This document shows, piece after piece, positions 49,438 to 62,855 of a stretch of 64,000 nt of DNA (positions are counted from its first letter, which is position 1; every line of letters starts with the position of its first letter). Location of the stretch: assembly GCF_002571385.2 (NCBI RefSeq), contig NW_019217837.1, positions 833,714 through 897,713 on the forward strand, given 5' to 3'. Both the position numbers and the translations under genes were made by a program. The DNA is from Stylophora pistillata (Eukaryota). Below the pieces are notes generated by a model that was not told the origin of the DNA, made no database searches, and saw only the letters and a list, made by a program, of their open reading frames with translations.

Positions 49438-52400
49438 GCACCCACCCAACCCACCCCACCCCAGGGGAGGACATCCATCACACAGTATACTCGTGCGTGG
49501 GAAATTAACGTCTCCTACCCCTAACCCTGCAGGAGACGGGACCTCCATTTATTCGTCCCTATCCGAGAAGACTAGAATATCTAACCATTTCTTGATGTTA
49601 CAGAAAGGAATTGACACAATTGGAGACTTGAGAATCCGAATAGTGTCACTTTGTCACAATTGCATTTGTATCGGCAGAAAGCGTTTGTTCTCACCGTATT
49701 CTGCTTGTTCTTTTCCTGTTACTTGATGGCCCCGACTTTGCCATAACATGAAAAGTAATCCCCAGGCATACGAAGTTGAACTGCGGAGGTTAAAAGTGTT
49801 TTTTAGCCCTTTTACTCCCATGAGTGATCAAAATAGAATTTCTCCTTACAATATCAATACAATATCATGCAGACAAGTAATGAGAATAACGAAAAAAAGA
49901 AAATCAGGGGATTATCAGTTGATCCAATACCAAATTCTCCAAACTAAAATCATAAGAATTGTATAGCAGACAGTAAGGAGAGTTGCGAATGAGATCTTGG
50001 GAGTGAACTGAAGAGTTAAATCGTCTAAGCTTACTGTGTACAATCGGAATGAGACTGGCAACGCCATCTCTTACCAATTTAGTGCAAATTCTACAGACTT
50101 TGCGGAAATTCAGAGTACAGGGCTAATTTGTATAGGCAATCACATGATTTCGAGTGCAATTTGGAATAAATAAGCACGAGAAAATTTTTTCAAAGACTAA
50201 CAAAATTGCATGAGCCCGTAGGGCGAGTGCAATTTGTGATCTTTGAAAAAATTTACAAGTGATTACTTATTCCAAATTGCACGAGAAAATCATGTGATTA
50301 TGTATTAATATGCATGAAAAAATACGAAGAAGAAAAGCGCGTGCATCACGTGCAAAAATAATTTATTCAAACCCTGCAAGTGACATTGACCTTGACATTG
50401 ACATTGACCAATCATTCTGACCAATCAGAATTTCTGGTTTTTTTCTTTCTTCGCATTGAATTAACCCTCTTCTGCACTGAATTAACTCTCTTCTGCACTG
50501 GATTAACTGAAAACTGCATTCATCTTAGCCAATCAGAACTGAGAAATTTTTTCATGTATATTATTAAGAGATAAATGGCACTGGAATCAGTAAATTTAAT
50601 TTGCTTCTTCAAAGGTATAGAAATACACTAATTTCATACCTGTCGAAGCCTTTACGCTTTTTATAAAACTAAGTAAAGAAAATAACGTAATATTCAATCG
50701 TCTTACTGCAAGCACCAATAAAACAGGTCCAACGAACGACCAGATGAAACCACGCTCAAGAGAAAGCCAGCAGCTAAAGACCAAAAAAATAATTCGATTA
50801 ATTAATGAAAAATGTTTATAGATAATTCATCAGTTATTCAATTTATACGTCTCTTGTCCTTTATTTGGATTCCTATGACAGCCAAAGGAGCGATGGACGA
50901 AAGACTCCTGAAATAGTGTGATTGCTTTTTCTCTTTTTCTCGAGCTGATACTTCGTCTGTTTGTCAATATTTTTTCAATTTCATGATCAGATAACAATGT
51001 TATTACTTACTAAGCGGGAGTACCATATCCCTCAAGAAACAAGACTCCAGAAGTGACAACTATCACTACAGGTAAACCTGCACGAGAGAAACGGGAAGAT
51101 GACCACAGATTACTTTACTTCTTTACTCAGCAACACGCTTTCCAAAGCTAAAACAAGACTATAAACTTTCTTCTAACCCCATCCGATGACGAAGAAAATC
51201 TTTTTGCTCTTTGTTGGTGCAGTTTTGGTGTGAAAGACTTTCACAAGCATCAGGTAGAGCATGACTCCTTCAATTGCCATCCAAGCAAAAGCCACCAAGA
51301 AGAAATAATGTAAAGCCATGGCAATTCCCCTACACACCCACTGGAATAGATGAGAAATATACCGTTAGCTATCGCATAAAACTGTAGCAATTTTCAAATG
51401 AGGGTCGATGAGGATCTGGTATTAGTTTTGCTTCACCTAACTTTGTACTAGTTCTGGGAAACCTGTGTTTCTTAATTCATCAGAGACTAAACTAAAACTG
51501 ATTAGGACGCACAAACTCCCGCGCTTAAAGACGTTTGCTTATGTTTACTTCTGGCTCATGCACATTTAAGTTATGTTTCTTATAACCGACTTACCTCGTT
51601 CTTAGTTTTATTGATACCAAACAAAAACAGAAGCTGCGCCAAGATCAGAGCAACCGACAAGTTCTTGTGAATAAACGTACGGGCAGATTTGGAAAACCTG
51701 CGAATGGTATTACCGTTTTAGAACAATGTTAGCGGCAGAGTTATCAGAAATTTCTGAGATTCAAGATTGCACAAAATCACTTTTGCCTTCGATCTTGTGT
51801 AATTGGTGTGTGTGCACCACAGTGCAAATTGTACTCCGGGACACGCTCGGGGACAGAAGAATGTCCCCTGAAAAGAGGTTTCCCTTGAACGAAGACACCA
51901 GATACAAATCACGTTTACAGGGGCATTTGTCTCAACGTGGACCGACGTTTCAGTCCTCATGATGAATTTTTTTTTCCCTTCAATGAAGATAGTAGAGAGA
52001 AACGTCATGCGAGTACTTTTCTGTTTAGAACATAGTTTGCGTGCCTTGAACTTCTAAGGTATCTCTTGAGTGTACCAAAGAAAAGGTTTCACTGTGGTAG
52101 TGGTAGTATCATATGAAATGATACTGGAAAGAGAACACAGTTACCTGAAGAAGAAGAACGTCAGGAACGCTAGGCACAATGCTACAACCGATATGCTCGC
52201 CCCGACATAAGTGATGAGCGTTAAAGCAAGCTGATGAGGTTTCTGCAAAACAGAAGAAACTAGATAGATCCTAGTAACTGAAATATGGGAATTTATTATT
52301 TTTAAAACAGCTCAAATCTAGTATTTTTCTTTCATTACAATCTTATGATTTCAAGAAGGCTTCTCACCGATATTCTGGTTGACACGTCTTCTTTGACGCT

Positions 52401-55400
52401 CATCAAGACAGCAAAACTTGTGAGATGATAGCAGTGACATACGGTGTGGGTCAGATTTGTAGAATTTACTTCACATCCTGCGTCCGACCAGCTTATGTTT
52501 CTTTAAAGAAAAAAAAAGGAAAAACTTTTGAAAATGAAAGTAAAATTAATCATGAAGTAGCGCCCTCAACCGTTCTTTTGTTTGTTAAAGTGAGTACGAT
52601 CATTTTCTTTCGAGTGCAGCGCCCGCCAAACACCTCTTTTGGCTGTAGAGGGCAATAATATGAAGCATTTTTAAAAACACGGATCGAATACCTGGAAATA
52701 AAGTTGATATAGATTTTGACAAACCATTCAAATGTTAAAGAAGATGTACATAGATGCTGGGAAAGCTACCTTTGAAAGAAATAGCGCCTGCGAAACAAGG
52801 CTGGATCTATCTATCTTTATTATATATCTAAGTGGGGCTAACTATGGTGGGGCCTTATGGCCTAAATACGTTTTAAGTCAAAGGTGCAATGAAATTAGGC
52901 TGACATTCGACAAGCCTCTCAATAAATAGAATATCACGATTAAAAAAGTTAACAAAAAGAGTTTAAGTTAAGTTATTCACTTGTCTGTCTCCAAAAAGAC
53001 GCATGATGGTTCATTCGTTTTCCCTCCGCCGTCCTAAATAAAAGATACAAAGATGATAATGAGAAATAAAGCACGTTTTAAGATGGGAATTTCGTATAAA
53101 CCTGTCCATTATGTATCAGTCTGTTGACTAGCATAACTCTTAACAACCCAGCGACTATTATCTTTGTAACCCGTCAAAGGGACGGCCGGAAAAGCAGTTA
53201 GTTCTGTATTGAGTATCTTAATGTTGAGCAAGCAAAAGTTGCATATCTTTCACCACGCCTTACCTTTGCTTAATAGTATCACTTTAAGAAAAGACATATT
53301 CTACTAATATGCCTATTACAAAACATTTTCTTTGAAATGGCAAATGATGTTGAACCTACCACAGAGTGACGCAGCGTTATCGCCACAGGATCCTTGAACG
53401 TTTTGTTAGCAAGTGGACGAAGATTTACCGATAAGACAGCAGAGTTTATAGATGCGTGATCTGTCATCTGGTAATTCTGTTTCCTACGATTCACAATTGC
53501 AGGGTAAAAATCAATACTGAAACCGTTACTGCAAGTTTTTAGGCATAAATTTTCAAGTATTGTACTTAAAAGCCTCGGAATTTGACCTTAGCTCTGGGAA
53601 AAGCGCTGCTAAAAAATTAAGTGTTGCGCTAAATTGAGCTGAAGCTAGCCACTGAATTAGAATACATATCCACTTCGGTAAGTTTATAACTGTGCCCCTA
53701 CGAGCAGGCAGGCATTAGCGCTGCGGCACGATCGACGAAGCGAAGTTTCGAGCCAGCGAGCGATGAGAGCAAGCGTGGTGCCTTAGCAGAATGCTCTTCT
53801 CACTTTATATCATGCTGTGCATGATGCTGGTGTGTATTACTGATTATTATTTAGCCTCTGATGGAAAATCATTCTTGTGATCAATGGAGACAATTCTTCG
53901 ATAAAAGTCTTAAGCGATACTTCTTTACATGATTGCTCGTGATTAAATTTTAATCGTTAAGAAAACTATTTTTAAAACTCCAACACAAAAGGAATTACAA
54001 ACTAAACCAGCCAACGCTATAACGATAAATATCGCATCAAGTTTACCTCTGCTTTCCTCTTGGTGGCAGCAAAGGTCCAAGGGTTTTGAAGGAAACAAGC
54101 GTGGCAAAATCAGGCTCTGGACCTGTGAAAGAGAAACTGGTTTTTGATTTTAAAAGCAACGGTTGGTCTTCAGATCATAACATCTCAATAAAATTTAATT
54201 TTACCTGCTGGTGAATGCATGAGTAGTTATGAAATCTCACTTGCGATCTGACCCGTAACAGTCAATCAAACAAAGAGATACTTTTGATCTTAATGGGCGG
54301 ATTGCAGTTTTAGTGTTCGTATTCTTAGAATATCTCACCTGCAATGGATTAAAATCTGACAGTAACTCACTCATTTAGACCCTTAGCGCTGAATAAAGCA
54401 CAGTGTACTGATGCCTTAACTATACCTTCTGCTATAGTATGAGGAATATCAAGCCTCAGAATTTAAAAGGTCGGAGGTCCTTACCAGATGAGGTATCTCC
54501 CCTTAGCCAAGATATCGGAAAGGAGACTACATTCCTGGAGGATTCGTCTCCTTTCTCTGTTCGCTGTGACATAACAAGAACTTTTTTTGTTCTTACATTC
54601 TGTAACGACTCCACGCTAATCACTGTAGGGAAAATGCGAAGTAGAATTCACGTCAGCGTGATACAAATTTTCACTTAGGTAACAAATTGAAGCCCCCTCT
54701 TTTCCTGAGGTTCCTTCGCCTCATTTGTCCTACAAGGTTAAGTTTGCAGTCTTAGTGATGTGAAAAGAAGGCCTGTCAGGGGCACTATAGGAAAGGGAAA
54801 AATTAACAAGGACAAGTATTAACGGTTACTATTCAATGCCACGTACCAATATTTTCCGTCTCAGCTGATTTACTTTGCGAAGCGTTGGCCATGTCCAAGG
54901 CTACCACATCTAAACTATCAATAAGCGAACTTGCCTTCTCTGTTTGGGAATCCTGATGATAGTTGTAAAAGATATTATATTTCATCGGTATTTTTAAAGC
55001 ACTTCGTCGAAGAGAAAATTAACGTCAAAGTGTAAGAGAAACTTTTGATCTAATTTAATACATTACCTTTGGCATGTACTGCCAAGACAAAAGGTTTTTG
55101 TCGTGCAAAATGTTGCTTGCAGTGCCAACGACATCCTGAAAAAATTGAAACTGTAGTAGTTTAACCAGCATATCAATAACATTCATAAAACTGCTTCCTG
55201 ATCACTAATATAATAGTAAAGAAAAACATTACTTTATGGTTATAAATTCCTATTTCTAACTTGCCTTTTTAATTTTTGTAGCCCTCCGGCTTAGGAATTA
55301 TCTTGTTTTGTTTTGTTTTCTTTTCCTTTTTTACAGTTCGTGGTTATATCATTTAAAGTACTGTTGGAACGAAAAACAATACCTTTCCTCGGAGTAAAAG

Positions 55401-58400
55401 TTGCCAAATGAATATAGACTTCGCCTGTCAAATGTTAGGAACTTGGCAAAGACAAAAAGAAGAAAAAAACTTGGTAATATTAACAAATAAACAAAGCTAA
55501 CCTTAACAAATTCCTCTGAAGCCTCTGAAGTTTCGTTCTTCTCAATTCTTAACCCCCTCTTTGCGAACACACCAATGACATCGACCAGTAACTTCAGGTC
55601 GCCAGCATATAATAGTTTACCAGACTTGACGTCAGTCAAGCTTGAAAGCTGATTGGCTAACAAAGATAGACTGACATTTGGGTTGTTTAGCTGCAAATAG
55701 ACATTTACACAGAAAGTAAAAAATAATGTAGACCTGACATGCATAAAGAGATTATTGTTGAGAAAACGTCGCGCATAAAACTGACGAATAGAAATTCACT
55801 TCAATCTGAACGTAAATAGTGTAAATATTACTTCGATCTGAAATGTTACAGAAATCGGGCAAAAGTTAAAGCAGAAAAAGCAAACACATGTTTGCATACC
55901 TGTTTACTAATGTCCGACATCCACCTTGAAACACAATCGCCAAGATCAGGTAGTTCCCAGACCGCAGGAGTTCCAGTACAGCGCCGCAAGGCCACGCCTT
56001 AAAATGAATGGAGAAAACGAAACACATTATTGATCCCTTTTCTGGGTCATCTCACTTATCAAAGAAAATCCCAACATCAATCGCGTTAAGTAGCAAGCAA
56101 GTAAACGTATTTAGTTACATGCTCAGGACAAGAGTTGACTTACCGACAGTCCCTTTGGGGCAAGCCGCTTCGTCTTCACGGTCGACCATTGTTCTCCTCC
56201 ATTCAATGCCGACGTAATTTTCTTGAGGACAGAAGGACTCGTCGCCTAACCCTTCTGGAATTTCTACACAATATACATTTATCATTCAAAATAATCGTTA
56301 ACTGCTGCAAGAATGTGGACCTATCATATCTTTTCATAAAGTACGATTCTGTTTATTCTACTGCGTAAATTTTCTACATTTATCTACACTGATTTGCTGC
56401 TGAATTCGTCGTTACTGAGGTCGGACAAAGGGTGCATGTAATACTCTTTGCTCCGGAAAACTGAAGGTTTATGATAAAAGTGAGACAACTCCATGTACTT
56501 GCTAGGACGCTGTTAAAGGACGTCTTTACCGGAAAATCCTACCTATGACATTTTATTGACTAAGGGTCAGATACTGTAGCGTTGTAAGCGACTAAGTTAC
56601 GCCACAAAGGCTTCTAATAAGCACTTTAACACAAACACACAAAGTACATTCTTTTTCGCTTTCATGCTCTCTCAGCCACTCCTCAGTGAGAAACCGCCAC
56701 TCCTATAACACTACGGAAACTCGCTACATTTACAACCCACCTTCACAATTTCTCCCGGTCCCAATGTATCCAGGCTGACACTCGCATAAGTACGATCCAT
56801 CAGTATTGATGCACGTGGCCTTCACGTGACACGTGTGAGTATTGTAGACGCACTCGTCGTAGTCTATAGCAATGAAAGGAATTAAAAATGTGAACGCCTC
56901 CATCAGAAGTCGAACATGACACGCAGCGCAATCACGTGATCCAAACGTGTGTCTACTTCAAGGACAAAGGTGTTCTTGGTAGAGTTGCTTTCCACTCGAT
57001 TTAATTTGAATACGGATCTCTCAGTCCAAGTTTTCTTTCTACAGTATTTTGTTACAACGGAAGGATATGCTGGTCCCTATTGTCAGTTCTTCCTGAACAG
57101 GCTCACTGTAAGAGTAAGATATTTTGTCCTTCAAACATCCTCTTACTTAAGTGCCTGTTGAAAATACTGAGAAGTGTAACCTTAGAAACGAACACGATGA
57201 CCAGTAATTGCGCATTTCAAACCCTCTCAGATAATCGCCTCTCGGTTAGCTCAATGGATAGAGCGCTGGAATGTTGTACGGGAGGTCGAGGGTTCAAGCC
57301 CCGGCCGGACCAACACTCAGGGTCTTAAGATAATTGAGAAGAATATGCTACCTTTCTATAACATCAAGAAATGGTTAGATATCCTAGCCTTCTCGGATAG
57401 GGACGAATAAATGGAGGTCCCGTCTCCTGCAGGGTTAGGGGCAGGAGACGTAAATTTCCCACGCACGAGATTACTGTGTGATGGATGTCCTCCCCTGGGG
57501 TGGGATGGGGGGTATGGGATGGGTGGGTAACAGGACCATTGTTGATACCAGTGTTTACTACACTAAAGGGGCTATCCTGTATAAATATAGATTTCTACTC
57601 TACTCTACATGACTGAGAGGAGTTGATTTTCACAGATTTTAACGCAGCAGTGTATTTGAAGATTACAGGACACACAGGGAGATTACTAACATCATATTTT
57701 ATCTACCTGGTGTTCTGAAGCTCATATCTTTGGGAAGAAAAGGTCCAAAACCCAATTCGTTCCAAGCCTGCACGTTTAGCAAATAGTTGGTCAGCTGTTT
57801 CAGGCCATTAATACGAGCATGCGTCTTACTGGTTGTTATAGAAATCTTGTCCTTGTTTGACCAGATGGTCAGACGATACGAATCAGCAAAGTCGACAGTT
57901 CTGTCGTAGAAGGGTGAACTCCAGTTTAACACCACGTGAGACCAGCTTCGAGAGACGATGTTAACGTCCATCGGTGGATCTAAGTACAAAAATGGATTAA
58001 CAGAAAATGAACGGAAATCTGACTTAATTTCCTCTTTTGAGGTTACCCTTGTTTGTTTGTTTGTTTATTATTATTTTATAGAACATTACAAGCAAATTTA
58101 CACAACCTGCATATACCCTTTAATGAAATATTCTAAAAAGTCTGAACACGAGCAGTGGCTAACTGTACAATGTTAAATGTACAGAACCACGATGAAACAA
58201 CTAATCATTAATGGGAAAAATCTCAAGACACTTGTAAGCTTTGCTTCACTGTTATCTCCTCTCTGCTTTTTGACATATGGGAAAGCAATGGCATGTCAAA
58301 GTAGTACACTTCATTGATCGGAAAAATGCCCTTCATCCAGGTGTAACTGTTTCTGCCGTGTACTTGCTCCAGATTCATGGAGTTTGTACCCCGAATTCTC

Positions 58401-61400
58401 TGATCCTTTGATTTTTTTAGTTGTTTTTATTTTTCTTAGACTAATCACTGACATTGCCGTGAAAGGAAGACCTGTACCCCGATTGCCATGCGCTTCACAG
58501 CTACTTAATGCGAAAACTAAGAAATTTCAGGTAGCTTAATGTCAGCATACCTACCAAGGATAGGCTCGAGAGCAATACGTTGTACCTCGTATGCCATGAT
58601 ATATATTATTTGACTACGTGGAACATCCATCATGGAGTAAACACACGAGGTCGCGTTCCCATCATACACCTCGCGAACGTGCTTTTGTCCTTCAAGATCC
58701 TCCCACTTGACAAATGCTCGGTAGGCAAACACCTTGTATTTATCTCGTGGTCTTTGCCATGTGACATGAACGGCTTTAGGTCCAGCCATTTGCAAGAGCT
58801 TGTCCTTAACTGACGATTTATCTTTAGGGTAAACAGTAAAATTGTTTGTACTTTATAATTTCAAACATTTAAAAAGTTTCTCCTCATGTTATGTGACATT
58901 ACAAAATTAATCTTTTTCAGGAACGCATAACTTTTAGTCATAAAACCAAACGGTGCAAAAATGAAAAGCCTCATTGAATCAATAATTCATTGAGAAAGTA
59001 GTGGAAGTGCGACAAAGTCATCGAGGCGTCACTATTGACCTTCCTTGAGCATAACTTAGCACCTTGAAAATCTCATTACTAAGCATGGAATTTCCTGATC
59101 ACAAAACTTACCATCATATTCTGTCTTTACTGTTATTACTGCTGGAGTACTGTCAAGAAAACGTTGATCGCCATAACTTTGCACTTGCACCCTGTATTTT
59201 GTATTCATACTTAGTCCAGTTAGGAGAAATGAAGTTGACGGCCCTGCCCTGATTTCTGTGGGTTCTCTTTTAGATTCTACCTCGTTGTACCTAATCTGAA
59301 ATGTTCAAATTCAGAGTAATAATGGTATAATGGGAAGTTAATCCGAACAATCTGATAGCAAAATGATATTAAATCACAATCAAGATAATGGCTACTTTTT
59401 GCGGCACTACGATTTTTATGTTACAGATAAGGGCATTTCATCGAAAAATGTACCTTATATCCCTTGATATCCTCATATCTTCCTGAGGGTGCTGTCCACT
59501 TTAGTAGGACATTAACGTGTGATTTCATTTCCACAGTCAGGTTGAGAGGATTGCCTAGAACTGATTCAAGAAAGAGTAACGTGAACTCAAAAACCGTCCC
59601 GACGTGTACAAAACTGACAAACAATTACTATGAATATATACAACTCTATATACAAGGATAAGGAAACTTGAGTAAATATTCCACAGATTAATGCAGCTGC
59701 TTAGAGACTCGGGAAGCTAAAATTTGGAAAAGGATCGTAGTTCTCTTTTATCAGCTTACCTTCAGTTTTGGTCCAGCACTCAACTATCTTGCTTGATGCT
59801 CCAACAGAAAAACGAAAAGCATTCTGGATGCGAAATTTGTACAGTGATCCGGGATCTAAACAAAGCAAAAATTACATCGTTGTCCTAAATAGATTAGATA
59901 CGGATGAAATATTAGTCAGCGAGCTCATTTTTATATAAAGAATAATTTATACAGGAGGGTTGGAAAGCCCACAAACACTCTGATTTCTAGTCGTCCGTTA
60001 TTTATGAAAAATAATTTTTAATGTCAGAATGAGTCAAAATTGTAGCTTTCGAGTTTGCGTGGAGTAAAGTAGTTACTCTGGCAAGTACGTGATTATGATA
60101 GATTGAAATAGTTCCTTTTGAAAATAAAAGGTAATTTCAGAAAAATCGAGTCCATTAGCAATTTCTAAATGTTTGAAAACAGAGCAACTTCAGAGCAACT
60201 TAGAGGAGCGCCTCTACCTAATTATATATGACAATGGGACGTACCAAGATCAGTGAAATTCAGTGTCAGTTTCTCGGTCCTTGAGATAAATTTTGTCCAG
60301 TTTAAGAAGGTGTTCCACCACCATACATTGTACCCACTGAGTATGTCATACGTCATAAGGGGAGGAGTCCATCTGATTGACAGCCATCTCGTGGAACCTT
60401 CACAGGTGGAGTTTAATTTTGGTGCTTCTGTTAGGAAAAACAAAACCCAAGGGTTAGTAGGACTAAGCAAAATTACGAATTCTCTTGCAAAATAATAAAG
60501 AATAATAGTGAATAAAGAAGGGGGAAAAAACTAAGAAATTTAAAAAAATACACAGCGCGAACCACAACTCGGCAAAGGTTATGATTACCAACAAACGGTT
60601 AGAACAAAAACAATTATAGATTTGTCTTTGTCAGGCATCTCTTGCGTCAACTATTGCAAAGTCATTTTAAAAGCCTACGTAAAACGCATTTTTGACTCGC
60701 TATTTATTCGGGGTCAACATTCATGGTAAACCCTCCTTTTTCAGTTCATTTGCGTTCCTATTAGCCATACCAACCTAACTTATCACGGCAAATCCAGTTT
60801 CTCTCATGAGACTCCATCTTTCGATAAAGCACTGTTAGATCTTCGTACACAGCTCTAGCACCAACACCAGAATGGCTTAATTGTGTCCCAGACAAACTCA
60901 AATGGTGTTCTAAGACATTTGATTGGTTGTTTCTCGTCGACGTTTTAACTTTACTTCGTGAGGCCAGAGCCATCTGGTTGCAGTTCTGAAATATCGCCAG
61001 CCCCGATTTTGGCTCCCATGTGAACATCACGTGTGACCATACTTTCGGTATAAGGGTTAAGGACCCACTCCATTCTCTTTGCCCATCGTTAACTCTTAGA
61101 ACAATGGTGTTGTTCGCTATGTCATCAGATTGCTTATATATTGTAAAACCTTCTGAGTATGTCAGGTGACTCGAAGTCCCCACAAAGTATCTCTTGTTCC
61201 TATTTGGGAAATATTTCAACCATAGAAAAACTGTCAATGCTTCCCTACATCTTGAAGGTTCCGCAATGCAGGACCCTGTGAAGTTTCCAAGATCAACCCA
61301 GGCTCTTCCATTCGTATACAAAAATCCGTTCCCAGGCCCTTTATAAAGAATGTTCTCGATTTTGCCATGTTTGACTCCTGTAAGGTTGGTTTTTAAATCA

Positions 61401-62855
61401 GTTAGGCGGTTAAGACGATTTAAGGGCCAATAATGAGCAGCAGAATTAATCAGACGAAGATTATCTGAAATAATAAAATAATGCTATTAAGATCCTCTTT
61501 GTGAGTCGCTTTAAAAATCTAGCCCCTTTAAACATGTTGAATTTTAATTTAACTCAAGAGGCACTAGAGAGATAAATAAATAACGTAAATCATCCTCGGC
61601 TTCTCCAGACTAACTAAGGCGAATCACTGCCGGATCTCACTGTTGAAAAAACAAACATATCTTATCATTTGTCAGTTTATATATACAGTAAACGTTTACG
61701 TGAATAAATTAGCTTGTGATGTCATAGATGCTCCGAAAACAAAAACAACATTAGACTAACATAAACAGAATTTGAGACAAAGAAGAGTAATTAAATTCAC
61801 TGATCCGCTTAAGAAACATTCTTCTTCAAAGCAGTTTTGGATACGAAATTTTTCTTAGTCGGGACTATTCGTTCCGTGGCCAAGAATTCCATTTTTTCAC
61901 TTCGAGGTTGAGATTTTTAGATGGCATTTAAGCTTAAATAAATATATAAATATTCTGACTTGCCGGAAAGGAAACTTTCCAATTTCCGTCAAACGTTACA
62001 AACAGCCAGGTCGTGTTTCTTTGTTTCATTCTACATGGATTGTGATGTGATTATGTTATCATCTGATGGTATGTCTTACCTAAAATGCATATGATGGGAA
62101 ACAAGCCAAATTGATGATATGTACGCAAGACACGGCGAAATCAGTGTCGAATAATTGTTATTCATGTGAAACCTTGAGCCCGTTTTGAAATGACTTTATT
62201 AACACATATGCCTCGTAAACTAAGTCTTCATTATACCAGTACATTTGATGGTTTAGGTATGAGCAGAAGATTTAATAATTCCATTGCTTATCGTGAAAAT
62301 TTGTAGTAGGAGACTACGTGTTCACAAGAAAGCGAAAAGATCAAAGGTGTAATGCCAACACGGTTTGTCCCTGGTTATATCCTTACGATAATTGATTGAA
62401 AAAAATCTTTTTTTACCAACTTAGCAAAGTTACCAAAATCTGTCCTTAAGCGTTGACTGTCTAATCCCATCTATCTTTATGTTAATTCTACTGACTTTCG
62501 CACCGCATAATCCGCCCGAACGAATAGCACTGATCGTAATACGACATATGCGAGGAAAGGAAAATATCAGGGAATGATACGAGCGAAACGTTATTTATTT
62601 GTGTTTGTTACCGATAGAGGCCATAATTAACCTTTAAGAGAAGCACTTAAGGACCTGGAAACGTTGCCATATCACAATAATTGAATAACCAAACTTTGAA
62701 ACAGCGAAAGAGGCACCTAACTTACGAAGTTGCAGAGGTATGATTATAATTACTATAAACTACAACATGAAACAGTGATTACTAGGAATCTGCTCACCTG
62801 CCGTTCCTTTGATCTGCACAATCGTTAACAGCAGCATACAGCAAGCAAACTTCAT
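47534..62855 (-). CDS. Adhesion GPCR (signal peptide, LamG/pentraxin-like, 4x FN3, Ca-binding EGF, HormR, GAIN/GPS, 7TM); apparently intact, 32 exons
   Basis: Exons (minus): 62855-62798 ([19 protein letters not shown]), 61464-60775, 60427-60245, 59855-59760, 59560-59454, 59295-59112, 58821-58555, 57979-57707, 56863-56741 (DYDEC EGF), 56263-56144, 55997-55900, 55690-55502, 55135-55067, 54952-54847, 54622-54485, 54122-54047, 53483-53360, 53033-52981, 52500-52368 (WSDAGC...[13 protein letters not shown]), 52242-52145, 51697-51595, 51340-51178, 51077-51011, 50773-50707, 49780-49695, 49331-49205, 49084-49043, 48912-48736, 48613-48599, 48483-48438, 48048-47930, 47611-47534. All GT-AG and phase compatible; the last four are less certain. 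Confidence 0.93.
49368..49608 (-). mobile_element. 5'-truncated SINE, same family core as 57237-57610
   Basis: Reverse complement matches ~57350-57505 closely (CCTTTCT.TAACATCAAGAAATGGTTAGATAT...GATGGATGTCCTCCCCTGGGGTGG). It has a different 3' tail, ending in (TCTA)n. Confidence 0.85.
49802..50019. mobile_element. piggyBac-like MITE, degenerate
   Basis: TTAG-CCCTTTTACTCCC ... GGGAGTGAACTGAAGAG-TTAA. A similar GGGAGTGAAAGGGTAAA end occurs at ~24590. Confidence 0.55.
50133..50567. mobile_element. Non-autonomous bipartite hairpin element (reverse orientation)
   Basis: Palindrome AATCACATGATTT..TGCAATTTGGAATAA...TTATTCCAAATTGCA..AAATCATGTGATT followed by an inverted-repeat unit TAATATGCATGAAAAA...TTTTTCATGTATATTA containing CCAATCAGA boxes. 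Confidence 0.78.
57237..57610 (+). mobile_element. Full-length tRNA-derived SINE
   Basis: Head GGTTAGCTCAATGGATAGAGCG...GGTTCAAGCCCCGGCC (A and B boxes), conserved body, (CTACT)n tail; second copy at 49368-49608. Confidence 0.85.

Noticed and set aside
62080-62165. Extra coding exon of aGPCR2
   Set aside because: It has a good donor, but the ATG frame gives phase 2 and the phase-1 frame has an upstream stop with no acceptor; exon 62855-62798 already joins 61464 in phase.
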